Assembly: GCA_041648755.1 (NCBI GenBank)
Contig: JBAZOJ010000001.1
Span: forward strand, 335 to 64,334
DNA from: Candidatus Brocadiia bacterium
GTDB lineage: Bacteria; Planctomycetota; B143-G9
Length of the DNA: 64,000 nucleotides
Reading direction: 5' to 3'
Positions 19,632 to 28,901 of this stretch are shown piece after piece. Both the position numbers and the translations under genes were made by a program. The notes below the pieces were generated by a model. The model did not search any database, was not told the origin of the DNA, and saw only the letters and a program-made list of their open reading frames with translations. Every line of letters starts with the position of its first letter. Positions within the stretch are counted from its first letter, which is position 1.

Positions 19632-21937
19632 GCGGTCTGCCCTATGCACTTTCACGGTATGTCTGTGTCGCTGCTATTGCCTCTGTTCTACTGGCTGGCA
19701 CAATCTTTCGGCCTTCAGCCTTTGCCGCAGGAACCCTTGAAGCAATGGTCTCCGCGGCGAATCCGGACGCGGCTACGGCAACGATAGACGCAGGGAAGGA
19801 AAAAGGAGTCGAAGTCGGCGACAGGTTCTACGTGTTTGGGATAGAGTCATTTGTCGTTCTGCCCTTTTCCGGGGGCCGCAGACTTCTGGAGCGCAAAGAG
19901 GCCGTTGCCACTCTTGTTATCGAGCGAGTTGACAGAGACCAGGCTTCCGGCGTGATCCGCCTGACAAAGCCTGAATACAAGAAGCTGCTGACCACAGGAT
20001 GTCTTGCCAGGAGGATCGAGTCGAATCTCGGAGTCAATCGTCCACCGTCGATTGCCGGTCTGAAGTTGTCATCCACAAACATCTATCGCGGTGGCGTGTA
20101 CACGGCGACGATCGAGTATTCTGACCCGAATGGGGACGTTCCCTTATTTGGATGGGAAGCCACAAATGCGGTCTGCAATTCCCCCTCGACGCATATTCCC
20201 CGCAACACGATCTACATCCCTATGAATACCAGTGCAGACAAGATATCGATAAAGGTTACCGCGGACGATTTCGGCGAGAATGGCCGCACGACCGCCACCT
20301 ACGATTTTCCCTTCATGCAACTGACAGGAGAGCAGTACAGGGATTCCCAATTTGTTGACTATCGCAGATACTCCGAATCGGTCTTGGGAGAGCGGTTCAG
20401 CTTGGATGACGTCGGTTCCCTTGCGGATGGTCGTATTGCCCTTCTGGATTTCCGTCGGCAGCGCGCAATCTTCATCTTCGATGAGCGCATGAGGCTCGTC
20501 CGAAAGGTTGATGGTCAGAACAAGGCCATTAACTTCACCACAGTTGGCAGCAACATCTTTCTGCTTGAGCGGCAGGGAGTTACCGTGCTGAATTCCAGCG
20601 GCGAGAAGCTATCGGGCTTCTTCTACGATAACGCCGACTTGACGAGTTATGTCGCAGAGCCAACGAGTCTCGCGGTGAGAAGCAACGGCGAAGTGATTGT
20701 GATCGATGGGAAAAGCAAGCAACTGAAAGTGTTCGATTCCGCCGGCCAGTATCGGTCCGCCTTTGGCGTAGCCGGGCAGGGCGTCGGCGGGTTCCTTCAG
20801 CCGGTTGCGGTTGTCGAGGACAAGTTCAGCACTACCTACGTACTTGATGCCCAGAGGAAGGACATCCAGCTCTTCAACAAGGACTTCACGTCTTCTGCCA
20901 AGGCAATTGCTGTCTCCGAAGTCGACCTTCCCACAGACATGGACTACGATGCCAATAGTCATTCTCTGAGTATTCTCGGAGCAAGGGGAACCGTGCTGGT
21001 TGTCTCTCTTGATGATACTACAAAGCGTAAGACCTACGAGTTTGCCGGGGGAACCAGCCGCTGCTTTGATCGCACCCCTGCCGATGTGTACTTTGTGGCG
21101 ACAGACTTTGATGCAGGCCCAATTCTGCAAAGATACATCCCCGGCAAAGGCAGGTCTCTATACAGTGACGACAATTTCGCCGGCATTACCACTTTTGATG
21201 CCGATCTCGAAGGCAATCTCTATACGGTCTCCAAGAACTTCGAACAAGGCTTGGTCAGGATCCTCGACAGGGACGGATGGCTGACAGGCTCTCTTGTGAA
21301 CCGAGGCAGCGACGACAAGAGCGTTCGTGATGCGACGAAGATGAGGGTCTCGCCGACAGGAGGAGTGGTCTTCGTACTTGACGGAGACGCCCGGGTGAAC
21401 CAGTACTCTCCAAACGGAGTCTACGTGCGGACGTACACCTTCGAGGAAGCTTCAGACATTGCGGTTGACTATGCAGGCATGCTCTATGTACTGACGAGTC
21501 GTCTCGGAGAAGTCTACCGGTGCTCCGAAGGAAACAAACAGCAACTCTTCCGCAGTGAAGATCGCGGAACTTCGCGCAAGTACATGTATCTGGACGTGAG
21601 CCCGGACGGAAAGACCATCTACATTGGCGATGTGCGAAACAACATCGTCCTGCGAAGGAGCGGGGCGGGCTACCCAGAGACAGAACTGGTCCAAGCCGGT
21701 CCTTTCAAGAAGCTCATAGGCCTGCGGTGCAACGCGCAGGGGGTTGTCTTCATCCTTGATGGAAGCAGAGGAGCTGTAAACGCCTTTCTGAGCACGGAGA
21801 CTGCTCTGGCCCAAGGTGCCATGACGCCCGTCGACAATGCCCAGACTTTTGCGGTGAACGGCATGGGCGAACTGGCCGTTCAGACGAAGACCGAGATTCG
21901 AATTCTTCGGCCTTCGATTCTCAACTATGAGAAATAG
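19628..21937 (+). CDS. Secreted NHL-repeat / six-bladed beta-propeller protein
   Basis: Start overlaps the kinase stop (ATGA), so the two are translationally coupled. Signal peptide present. Repeated NHL-like blades (e.g. GEVIVIDGKSKQLKVFDSAGQYRSAFGVAGQG...PVAVVEDKFSTTYVLDAQRKDIQLFNKDF). Confidence 0.6.
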   Translation: MSGLPYALSRYVCVAAIASVLLAGTIFRPSAFAAGTLEAMVSAANPDAATATIDAGKEKGVEVGDRFYVFGIESFVVLPFSGGRRLLERKEAVATLVIERVDRDQASGVIRLTKPEYKKLLTTGCLARRIESNLGVNRPPSIAGLKLSSTNIYRGGVYTATIEYSDPNGDVPLFGWEATNAVCNSPSTHIPRNTIYIPMNTSADKISIKVTADDFGENGRTTATYDFPFMQLTGEQYRDSQFVDYRRYSESVLGERFSLDDVGSLADGRIALLDFRRQRAIFIFDERMRLVRKVDGQNKAINFTTVGSNIFLLERQGVTVLNSSGEKLSGFFYDNADLTSYVAEPTSLAVRSNGEVIVIDGKSKQLKVFDSAGQYRSAFGVAGQGVGGFLQPVAVVEDKFSTTYVLDAQRKDIQLFNKDFTSSAKAIAVSEVDLPTDMDYDANSHSLSILGARGTVLVVSLDDTTKRKTYEFAGGTSRCFDRTPADVYFVATDFDAGPILQRYIPGKGRSLYSDDNFAGITTFDADLEGNLYTVSKNFEQGLVRILDRDGWLTGSLVNRGSDDKSVRDATKMRVSPTGGVVFVLDGDARVNQYSPNGVYVRTYTFEEASDIAVDYAGMLYVLTSRLGEVYRCSEGNKQQLFRSEDRGTSRKYMYLDVSPDGKTIYIGDVRNNIVLRRSGAGYPETELVQAGPFKKLIGLRCNAQGVVFILDGSRGAVNAFLSTETALAQGAMTPVDNAQTFAVNGMGELAVQTKTEIRILRPSILNYEK

Positions 21938-22937
21938 CTCGCCCACCGGATCTCGCCGGATTGCAGTAACACTGGGGGATCCAGGCGGGATAGGCCCTGA
22001 AGTAGTTGTCCGGGCACTTGCCGATGACTCACTCAGAATGTCATCCAAATGGGTGCTGATTGGACCGGAAAAGGCCTTCCGCCGTGCCTTGAGGGGCACA
22101 AAAGTGGAACTCTCGTACACCGTTTACTCGAAGGTACTTCCGGATATCGGGGATTCCGAGGAAATAGTGCTTCTGGATCCCTCTCTTGCCGAGCCGATTC
22201 CCGAGCTTGGTGCTTCGTCAAGGAATGGAGGGTTGTGGGCCGCGACCTCAATCGAGTGTGCCGTCGACCTCGCCCTTAGAGGAGTTGCCCAAGCCCTGAC
22301 AACTGCTCCAATCTCCAAAACGAATCTTGCAGCCAGCGGGCGCAACTATCCCGGCCACACCGAGATGCTGGCCGCTTTGTGCGGCGTCAAGTATCCGCTC
22401 ATGCTCCTGGTCTCCGGCTCAATGCGGGTAGCGCTTTTTACTCGACACATCTCACTTAGATCTGTGTTTCGCAATCTCAAACAGCGGTCGCTGATAGATA
22501 CTATCGAGCTTGTCTCACGCGAGCTTGGGGTCGAATTCGGGATATCGAATCCGAGGATTGCCGTACTTGCCTTGAACCCCCATTGTGGGGAAGGGGGACT
22601 CTTCGGAGTTGAGGAAATACGAGTCATTGGCCCGGCAGTCGCGAAGGCAGCCTCAAGAGGGATTAGCGCTTTTGGCCCCATATCTGCCGATACGGCCTTC
22701 ACTCCGGAGAGTCTTGCCCGGTGCGACTGCATTCTCGCGATGTACCACGACCAAGGACTGGGGCCGTTCAAGGCGCTTGCGTTTCAGCATGGGGTAAATG
22801 TCACACTGAACCTGCCTTTCCCGCGGACCTCTCCTGATCACGGAACCGCTTTTGACAGGGCTCCGAGGTTCTCCGCAGACCCAACAAGCATGCGCGATGC
22901 GTTGCGACTGGCAATATCGTTTGTAGAGGGAAAATGA
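21927..22937 (+). CDS. pdxA: 4-hydroxythreonine-4-phosphate dehydrogenase
   Basis: RIAVTLGDPGGIGPEV N-terminus, GHTEMLA motif and HGTAFD metal-binding region. 336 aa. Confidence 0.9.
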   Translation: MRNSSPTGSRRIAVTLGDPGGIGPEVVVRALADDSLRMSSKWVLIGPEKAFRRALRGTKVELSYTVYSKVLPDIGDSEEIVLLDPSLAEPIPELGASSRNGGLWAATSIECAVDLALRGVAQALTTAPISKTNLAASGRNYPGHTEMLAALCGVKYPLMLLVSGSMRVALFTRHISLRSVFRNLKQRSLIDTIELVSRELGVEFGISNPRIAVLALNPHCGEGGLFGVEEIRVIGPAVAKAASRGISAFGPISADTAFTPESLARCDCILAMYHDQGLGPFKALAFQHGVNVTLNLPFPRTSPDHGTAFDRAPRFSADPTSMRDALRLAISFVEGK

Positions 22938-23830
22938 GGATTACCCGCTGGCGCGAGTTGAAAGACAGACTCCTGGCTGCAGGTTTCCGCCCGCGATCAT
23001 CCTTGGGGCAGAACTTTCTCATGACTCCTCCAATCCTTCGTTCGATGGTCCAGAAAGCCGGCATCCTTCCGGGAGACAAAGTCCTCGAGATCGGGGTGGG
23101 AGCAGGTTCACTGACCTCTTTTTTGCTGGATGCAGGCGCGGAAGTACTGGGAGTCGAGATTGATGAAAGGCTGGCGCGCATCGCCGAGGATAACTGCGAT
23201 TTCGCACGATCCAGATTGAACCTGCTGAAAATGGATGCACTCGACAAAGGGAAGATACTCAGCCCTGAACTTGGTGAGGCAATTAGAAGTTTCGCCGGGG
23301 CGCGTCGCTATAAGCTTGTTGCCAACTTGCCATACAGCATCTCAACGCCCATTTTCTGCGAGTTGATGAAAACACCCATGCGACCAGTTGCTGCTGTTGT
23401 GCTCGTTCAGGAAGACTTCGCGCAACGCGTTTGCGCTCCTTCAGGCACACATGAGTTCTCCCCAATCTCTGTCTTCAGTTCGGTGTTCGGCGAAGCCAAG
23501 ATTGTCAGACGAGTTCAGCCGGGCGAGTTCTGGCCGGTACCCGGGGTCACTTCTGCTGTTCTGGCTTGGCGCGAAAATGAAGCCCCCCCACGGTTCATCG
23601 ATGAGGATTTCTTTTTTGACCTGGTAAACACGATGTTCAGGTACCGAAGAAAGAACATCGCTAACGCCCTGAAGAACGCCAGGAAAGCAGGTTGGCAAGC
23701 AGACGTGGATGTTGAGGCCCTCCTTGTAAGCGCCGGAATCAATCCCCGATTCCGTGCTGAGCAGCTTGACCCAAGTCAGTTTATATCTCTCTACGCTCTC
23801 GCATTGAAGGCGTCTGCCAATACAGTCTAA
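22934..23830 (+). CDS. rsmA: 16S rRNA (adenine1518/1519-N6)-dimethyltransferase
   Basis: LGQNFL motif and SAM-binding VLEIGVGAGSLT. ATGA overlap with pdxA, matching the conserved pdxA-ksgA arrangement. Confidence 0.9.
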   Translation: MRITRWRELKDRLLAAGFRPRSSLGQNFLMTPPILRSMVQKAGILPGDKVLEIGVGAGSLTSFLLDAGAEVLGVEIDERLARIAEDNCDFARSRLNLLKMDALDKGKILSPELGEAIRSFAGARRYKLVANLPYSISTPIFCELMKTPMRPVAAVVLVQEDFAQRVCAPSGTHEFSPISVFSSVFGEAKIVRRVQPGEFWPVPGVTSAVLAWRENEAPPRFIDEDFFFDLVNTMFRYRRKNIANALKNARKAGWQADVDVEALLVSAGINPRFRAEQLDPSQFISLYALALKASANTV

Positions 23831-24000
23831 ATGCCTGCAGCTTGCTTACTGCCTGGGCAAACGTATCCGAGCGATGCAGGCCCCTCCGCATAGCCCTGGC
23901 CCGGGGATTACAGGATGTGTCCCGGGAAATTCAATCGTCTCGCCTGTACGCGACATGCCCGCAAGTCTGTCTTCACGCGATTAGCAGGCGGATGTACTTA

Positions 24001-24426
24001 TCACTCAGGCCCGGCATCCGTGTAGTCGTGAGTCGGTCGATAGCCGGCTTCCTTGGAGCGCGCCGATTCACGCTCGTATGCCTCAACAACCATCTTCTGC
24101 AGGCGCTCGCGTGCGGCGGTGTTAATTGGGTGAGCGATGTCTGCATGGAGACGCGCCCGACCTCTCTCATCCATTGGTATCTTCCGCTCGGGGAGTTTCA
24201 GGCCGCATTCGGAGCAATAGTTGCTGCGAAGGTGGTTCTTTGTGTGGCATCTCGGACAATGATCGGTCAGTTTTCGTGAGGGCATGGCGACGAAGTAGCC
24301 GTTGTTGCCCTGGATGACCTTCAGATCGCGCACCACAAACTCATTTTCGAACGTCACGGACGCGAAGGCAAGCAGCTTGTCATGATGTCCCTCCACTAGC
24401 TTGATCTTGACCTCACTGATGTTCAT
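24001..24426 (-). CDS. spoVG: SpoVG-family nucleic-acid-binding protein with an inserted CxxC...CxxC zinc-ribbon
   Basis: MNISEVKIKLVEGHHDKLLAFASVTFENEFVVRDLKVIQGNNGYFVAMPSRK ... DIAHPINTAARERL matches SpoVG. GAAAGGAG SD 5 nt upstream of its ATG (24426). A ~25-aa insertion (CPRCHTKNHLRSNYCSECG) lies between AMPSRK and DIAHPI. The gene is in-frame and stop-free with the upstream ispE. Confidence 0.75.
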   Translation of the reverse strand: MNISEVKIKLVEGHHDKLLAFASVTFENEFVVRDLKVIQGNNGYFVAMPSRKLTDHCPRCHTKNHLRSNYCSECGLKLPERKIPMDERGRARLHADIAHPINTAARERLQKMVVEAYERESARSKEAGYRPTHDYTDAGPE

Positions 24427-25320
24427 GGGGCTCCTTTCAGCAAAGAGGTCAGCAGTCGTAGTGAATGGTGACGCCAAGTAGGCGGCGGTGTTTGCAGTTG
24501 AGGGTATCCTCGCAATGAGCGATTGCCCGTCTTGCTCGGATTGTGTCAAGCAGAAAAAAGCGCATCCGCTTCCAGTCATCGTCCAGGAAGATCCAGGGAG
24601 CATTTCCACATATCTGCGAAGCTCGGGTGAGATGAATTGAGCAGCCAGGGATAGACCATTGTGAAGCGGAGCAGTGGATGCACGCGCAAACTCGCTGAGG
24701 AATTCTCTGGCGTCGCGATATCGGGATGGCATCCTGTTCGCAGACCAAGCCCCATAGACACTCGCTGTACTCAAGTGGAGCGGAGGGACTGCAATCACGA
24801 CCCAGGGGATATGATCGAGAGCGTCCCGAACAGGGTGAACAATCTCACCTCTGCCCGTGCAGATTGCCGGAGCGGATTGCAGAAAAAAGGGAACATCACT
24901 TCCCAGGCTTTCGGCGACATGTTGAATGACAGGCCTTGAAACACGAGCGATGACGGAGAGCGCCAGCCCCTTCAGTACTGCTGCGGCATCACTGCTTCCC
25001 CCGCCCAAACCTGCACCCAATGGGATGCGCTTCTCGACATGAATGGAGACATCCCTCCGGAGGCCAGTTCTCTTGCGAACATCCTCGACAGCGCGCCAAC
25101 AGAGGTTTTCCTCCTGTGGGAAGCCCAAAGGAATGCCTGTCGATGTTACACTCGTGGTGTCGTTTTCAGCGTCATGGACACTGATAACGACTTCATCGCA
25201 CAAGGAAACCTGTACCATCACGGTTTCAATTTCATGATACCCATCTTCACGCTTACCCTTGACGTCAAGAAAGATGTTGAGTTTTGCAGGGGCTTGAAGA
25301 TGGATGGTCTCGGGAGTCAT
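24427..25320 (-). CDS. ispE: 4-diphosphocytidyl-2-C-methyl-D-erythritol kinase (reads through without a stop into spoVG)
   Basis: PAKLNIFLDVKGKREDGYHEIETVM plus GHMP-kinase motif IPLGAGLGGGSSDAAAVL. The reading frame continues without a stop into the spoVG region, giving a single 439-aa track ORF. Confidence 0.85.
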
Positions 25321-25321
25321 A

Positions 25322-26440
25322 CTATCTCGGCTCCTCCTTATACCAGATCATCTCACGCTTGACCCCGCTGGCCCAAGAGTATCCCCAACGAGACCAGAAG
25401 CCTCTCGTATCAGTATGGACTGCTGCTCCCATTGACTGTTCGCTGGGATAATCATAGGCGCCAACTCCGCCGAAAGCGACATCGCCAGTCCATTCCATCT
25501 GCTCGAACACCTTGGCTATTTCGAGGGCGTCAGCGAAGTTGGACTTGCCATCGCCGTTGATATCATCCATTCGCAAATCGCCGTTCTGGTCGACAATGAT
25601 GTCAACGGCATCGCCGTAGATGTGTCTGCTGTAGGTGCCACCCCGCTCCAAGCGGTTGTGCCGCGGAGTCCTGAACCATGAAACGAGGCGCCACGACGGA
25701 ATACTGGGATGAGACTTATGGAATTTGCGCCAAGCAAGGTCAACCTTGAAAATTAACGTGTAGTCTGCCGGAGCAAAATTGACATGGCGGGTGGGGTTCT
25801 CCTTGCTCGTTATCGCGACAAGGTCTCCGACTCGAATTGATGGCGCCAAAGGGAGGGATTCTGTGGTGCTATCGATACGGACGAAATATGTCGGAGCGTC
25901 GTAACACTCGATGTTCTTACTCATGCGTTCGGTGCCTCCCTTTGGGTTGGGATAGGCTCCGATCTTGACTCCCAGTGCAATGCCCTTGCGTGCATCAGGG
26001 GCATACTCCGGGACAAGACAGTTCAGGACGAGTGTGTCTTCACCTGAAACGAAGGAAATTGCATGGGCTCCAGCTTTGGTGGGCGTAGTGAATTTGAGAG
26101 TGTCCGATTCTATGCTGAAATTCGGGAAGGGCCCCGTGAACTTTCCCGAAACAGATGGGCCATTCACAGATTTCTTGACGCAAATCGTAGCCTCGCTATC
26201 AGGCAGCGGCACGAATGCAGAACCGGAAGCAATATACATTCGGTACTGTTTCCTGGGAGCAGAAGCCGTGAAGTCGATCTGGAAACGCGGCGATTCAAAT
26301 GGGGTAGTATCCGCGAGAGCGGATGGGGTTAGGCTGTTTCCCTGGTCGAAAAGGGGAACCACGACCCGCCATCCGACGAACACGCCAACCATCAGCACTG
26401 CGGACATCAGCCAGAAAAACGCACGGTTGTTCATAATCAT
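25322..26440 (-). CDS. Secreted peptidase M15A (DUF882/YcbK-like) family protein with a dockerin/EF-hand-like Ca-binding loop
   Basis: N-terminal TM/signal segment. Zn-binding SRHIYGDAVDI motif (H-x-x-x-x-D class of M15 peptidases). DDINGDGKSNFADALEI dockerin-like loop. The stop abuts the ispE start. Confidence 0.65.
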   Translation of the reverse strand: MIMNNRAFFWLMSAVLMVGVFVGWRVVVPLFDQGNSLTPSALADTTPFESPRFQIDFTASAPRKQYRMYIASGSAFVPLPDSEATICVKKSVNGPSVSGKFTGPFPNFSIESDTLKFTTPTKAGAHAISFVSGEDTLVLNCLVPEYAPDARKGIALGVKIGAYPNPKGGTERMSKNIECYDAPTYFVRIDSTTESLPLAPSIRVGDLVAITSKENPTRHVNFAPADYTLIFKVDLAWRKFHKSHPSIPSWRLVSWFRTPRHNRLERGGTYSRHIYGDAVDIIVDQNGDLRMDDINGDGKSNFADALEIAKVFEQMEWTGDVAFGGVGAYDYPSEQSMGAAVHTDTRGFWSRWGYSWASGVKREMIWYKEEPR

Positions 26441-26475
26441 CCCGGTTGCTCCACGCTATCCCCGAGTAGGGGAGT

Positions 26476-26503
26476 ATTGTACAGCGAAACCAACGATGCA
26501 CAA
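26476..26503 (-). promoter_or_regulatory. Putative sigma70-type promoter for the M15-peptidase / ispE / spoVG transcription unit
   Basis: On the minus strand, TTGTGC-N16-TACAAT about 35 nt upstream of the ATG at 26440. Sequence inspection only. Confidence 0.3.
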
Positions 26504-26513
26504 GAGAAAATCT

Positions 26514-27455
26514 TCAGTAGTTGCGTTGCTCAATTACTGTAATTTTCCTGTTTCCGCGCACGACAAGACACTCGGCCGTGCGCGAGATTCGATCATTGTA
26601 GGCACGGGAGATGACTCGATAGTAGTCGGATGTATAGCAGATCATCGGGCCAATGGTCGCAGAACTGAAGCCAATTTGAGCGACCTCCTGGAGATCCCGG
26701 ATGGCGTTCTTCTCACGGTACTCCAGAAATTGCGCAAGCTCTTCTCTGGCCTTGCCGAATAATGCCATTATGACTTCCTCGGGCGCGGTGTTGATGTTGA
26801 CCTGACCGGGGCCCTGTATCGTCAGGAGACTGACGAGCCCCAGGACAGGTTTGTCATCTTCGGACTGCGCGGGTACGCCGAAGAAGACGTCGGGAGTAAT
26901 GTACTCAATGTTGAGCAGGTCCGTGAGGTCATCGAGAGGTGCGTTCCGGGCTCCGTCCTCAAAGTCACCATCGGTGTCCGGATCAAGATAGTCGGCCAAT
27001 CGATGCACGGCCTCGATGTTAATATCCATGTTCTCAAAAAGGCGCTCGAGCGCCTCCTTTACAGGGGTGTTTAGCGCGCCGTTGGGTGCAATGAGAGCAT
27101 TCACGTTCATCTTGCCACACTCATCCTGAACCGTGACTTCAGTCTTGAATGGAGGCTCATAGGGGAGTTCGATGTTCGCCCATGAATCAAGGAACGAGTC
27201 AGTCTCACCAAGCTGACGATCGGCGCGAAGCGCGTTCTTGGCGTACTCTACCCCGCCAAGAGCCATGTAGGCCAATTGTGTTATCTCTGAGTTGTTGACC
27301 GCGATCATCCTGTTGAGACTCATGGTGAAGGAAAACTGCATGACTATGAGAGACATCACTACGAGCACCATCAGGACAACGATCAGAATGGCACCGCGGG
27401 AGGTACGCTCCTGTGGGTCGGCCAGCGCAACAATGGAATCGGAGTTGTTGCTCAC
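26514..27455 (-). CDS. Type II secretion / type IV pilus minor pseudopilin GspK-like protein
   Basis: N-terminal hydrophobic segment RGAILIVVLMVLVVMSLIV. GspK-like signature GQVNINTAPEEVIMALFG (a helix-hairpin-helix-like 'NINTAP' motif). Size about 313 aa. No other T2SS genes in the window. Confidence 0.6.
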   Translation of the reverse strand: MSNNSDSIVALADPQERTSRGAILIVVLMVLVVMSLIVMQFSFTMSLNRMIAVNNSEITQLAYMALGGVEYAKNALRADRQLGETDSFLDSWANIELPYEPPFKTEVTVQDECGKMNVNALIAPNGALNTPVKEALERLFENMDINIEAVHRLADYLDPDTDGDFEDGARNAPLDDLTDLLNIEYITPDVFFGVPAQSEDDKPVLGLVSLLTIQGPGQVNINTAPEEVIMALFGKAREELAQFLEYREKNAIRDLQEVAQIGFSSATIGPMICYTSDYYRVISRAYNDRISRTAECLVVRGNRKITVIEQRNY

Positions 27456-28393
27456 TTGTACTTGACGATGAAGGTGTTCTTCTGAGTGGTTAATCGGGTA
27501 ATCTTGAGTCCGCTCGCGTTGAGCCTGTCGGCAAACTCATCCACAGTGCCCTTTCGCAGGCGGATCTCCATTTTCTTTGACGCTTCTTCCTCCTCGAGGA
27601 TGTAGACCTTTTCGCTTGAGATGAGCTTGCCAATAGCTGCGTCCAGCACCGGACGGGCTACATCACCGTAGATTACCTGCAAGTAGGCAATCCCGGTCAT
27701 TTCCTGCTCGGTGTACCGCACTTTCTTCCGCCATTGTTTGGCCAAATCAGTACGGGTCTTGCAGGTTTCGCAGTCCACTCCACCGGTACCCTTGCATGTG
27801 GAGCAGGCGACCTTTGTTTCTTTCTCTTTGATGATCTTTGTAACATACTTCCGGCCGGAGCAGGCTGGGCAAAGGCGCTTGAACGCTGCCACGTGCGGAA
27901 CAGCGTTGCACGAACGCTTGATCTCTTCTTCGAGAAGCTCAGGCAGGTTCTTCTTCAGGGGCGTTTCGACGGAAGCGTATGCCTCCTTGAAATTCGCCGC
28001 GGTGGCGACATTTCCCATCAAGCGTACTATTGCACGCAAATACTTGTCGTAGTCCTTCTTTTCGTATGCTTCCAGTGCTTCCGTGGCAGACTTCTTTGCC
28101 TGCTCAAGCGAGTCCTTGGGCTCTTCGGATGGCGGGATCGAATTTGTTGCGGAGGGCTCCGCAGAGGGCGCCACTTCGTCCCGCTCGATGCGGGCGATCT
28201 TGTCCTTGGCGATCTTTGTGGATGCCCGAATGCCCTCCTTTTCGATCAGAATCTCTATGTAGAACTCGGTCTCATTCACGATTTTGCCCTTAATAATGCT
28301 GCCGTCCTTCAGGTAGACAGTGTCTGCACTCGCGAAAGTGGCAAACAGCAGGAGGCAAAACAAGGACAGAAGCGTCAAGGATACTCTCTTCAT
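27452..28393 (-). CDS. Secreted hypothetical protein with a DnaJ-type CxxCxGxG zinc-finger module
   Basis: Start at MKRVSL (ATG 28393), 4 nt after the greA stop, with GGAG overlapping that stop. Signal peptide LTLLSLFCLLLFATFASA. Two CxxCxGxG-like repeats (CPACSGRKYV...CSTCKGTGGVDCETCK). Confidence 0.5.
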   Translation of the reverse strand: MKRVSLTLLSLFCLLLFATFASADTVYLKDGSIIKGKIVNETEFYIEILIEKEGIRASTKIAKDKIARIERDEVAPSAEPSATNSIPPSEEPKDSLEQAKKSATEALEAYEKKDYDKYLRAIVRLMGNVATAANFKEAYASVETPLKKNLPELLEEEIKRSCNAVPHVAAFKRLCPACSGRKYVTKIIKEKETKVACSTCKGTGGVDCETCKTRTDLAKQWRKKVRYTEQEMTGIAYLQVIYGDVARPVLDAAIGKLISSEKVYILEEEEASKKMEIRLRKGTVDEFADRLNASGLKITRLTTQKNTFIVKYK

Positions 28394-28397
28394 CGGC

Positions 28398-28871
28398 TTA
28401 CTCCAGTGATAGGATTCTGAACTTGATGGTCCCGGCGGGAACGGGCACACAGACTTCGTCACCAACGTTCTTCCCGATCAAGGCTGAGCCAAGGGGGGAT
28501 GTTGTCAGGATCTTGTTCCGCGTGTAGTCCTCATCTCCTGCTCCAACGAGCTCAAAGTCTTCCTCGATGTTCTCATCGAGGTCGAGAAGACGGACCTTTG
28601 AACCAAACTGTACCGCCCCGGTCTTCTCGGGGCGAACTATGTGAGCACGAGCCAGTCTGTCCTCAAGTTCGCGAATCTTGGCTTCGTTCAGGCCTTGGTC
28701 TTCCCTGGCGGCATGGTATTCTGCATTCTCGCGCAAGTCTCCCTTTTCCCTGGCCTCTCCGATTGCCTTGGAGATTCTGACCCTGCGGCCCTTGAGATCG
28801 TCAAGCTGCTTGACGAGTTTCGTGTATCCATCGGGAGTCATCGGTACAGCTTCAGACATTTTGCGCTCCAT
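28398..28871 (-). CDS. greA: Transcription elongation factor GreA
   Basis: 157 aa. MTPDGYTKLVKQLDDLKGRRVRISKAIGEAREKGDLRENAEYHAAREDQG is nearly identical to the GreA consensus. C-terminal FKBP-like domain. Confidence 0.9.
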   Translation of the reverse strand: MERKMSEAVPMTPDGYTKLVKQLDDLKGRRVRISKAIGEAREKGDLRENAEYHAAREDQGLNEAKIRELEDRLARAHIVRPEKTGAVQFGSKVRLLDLDENIEEDFELVGAGDEDYTRNKILTTSPLGSALIGKNVGDEVCVPVPAGTIKFRILSLE

Positions 28872-28901
28872 CAGTTGGACGCGGCGGCAGTCGGGTTGAT
28901 T

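Noticed and set aside
23831-24000. 170-nt convergent intergenic region (rsmA / spoVG ends) with a CCCGGG...CCCGGG inverted repeat, considered as an sRNA or terminator
   Set aside because: The stem is short and imperfect and no T-tract follows. The overlapping 145-aa plus-strand ORF (23842..24279) has no coding features. Insufficient evidence.
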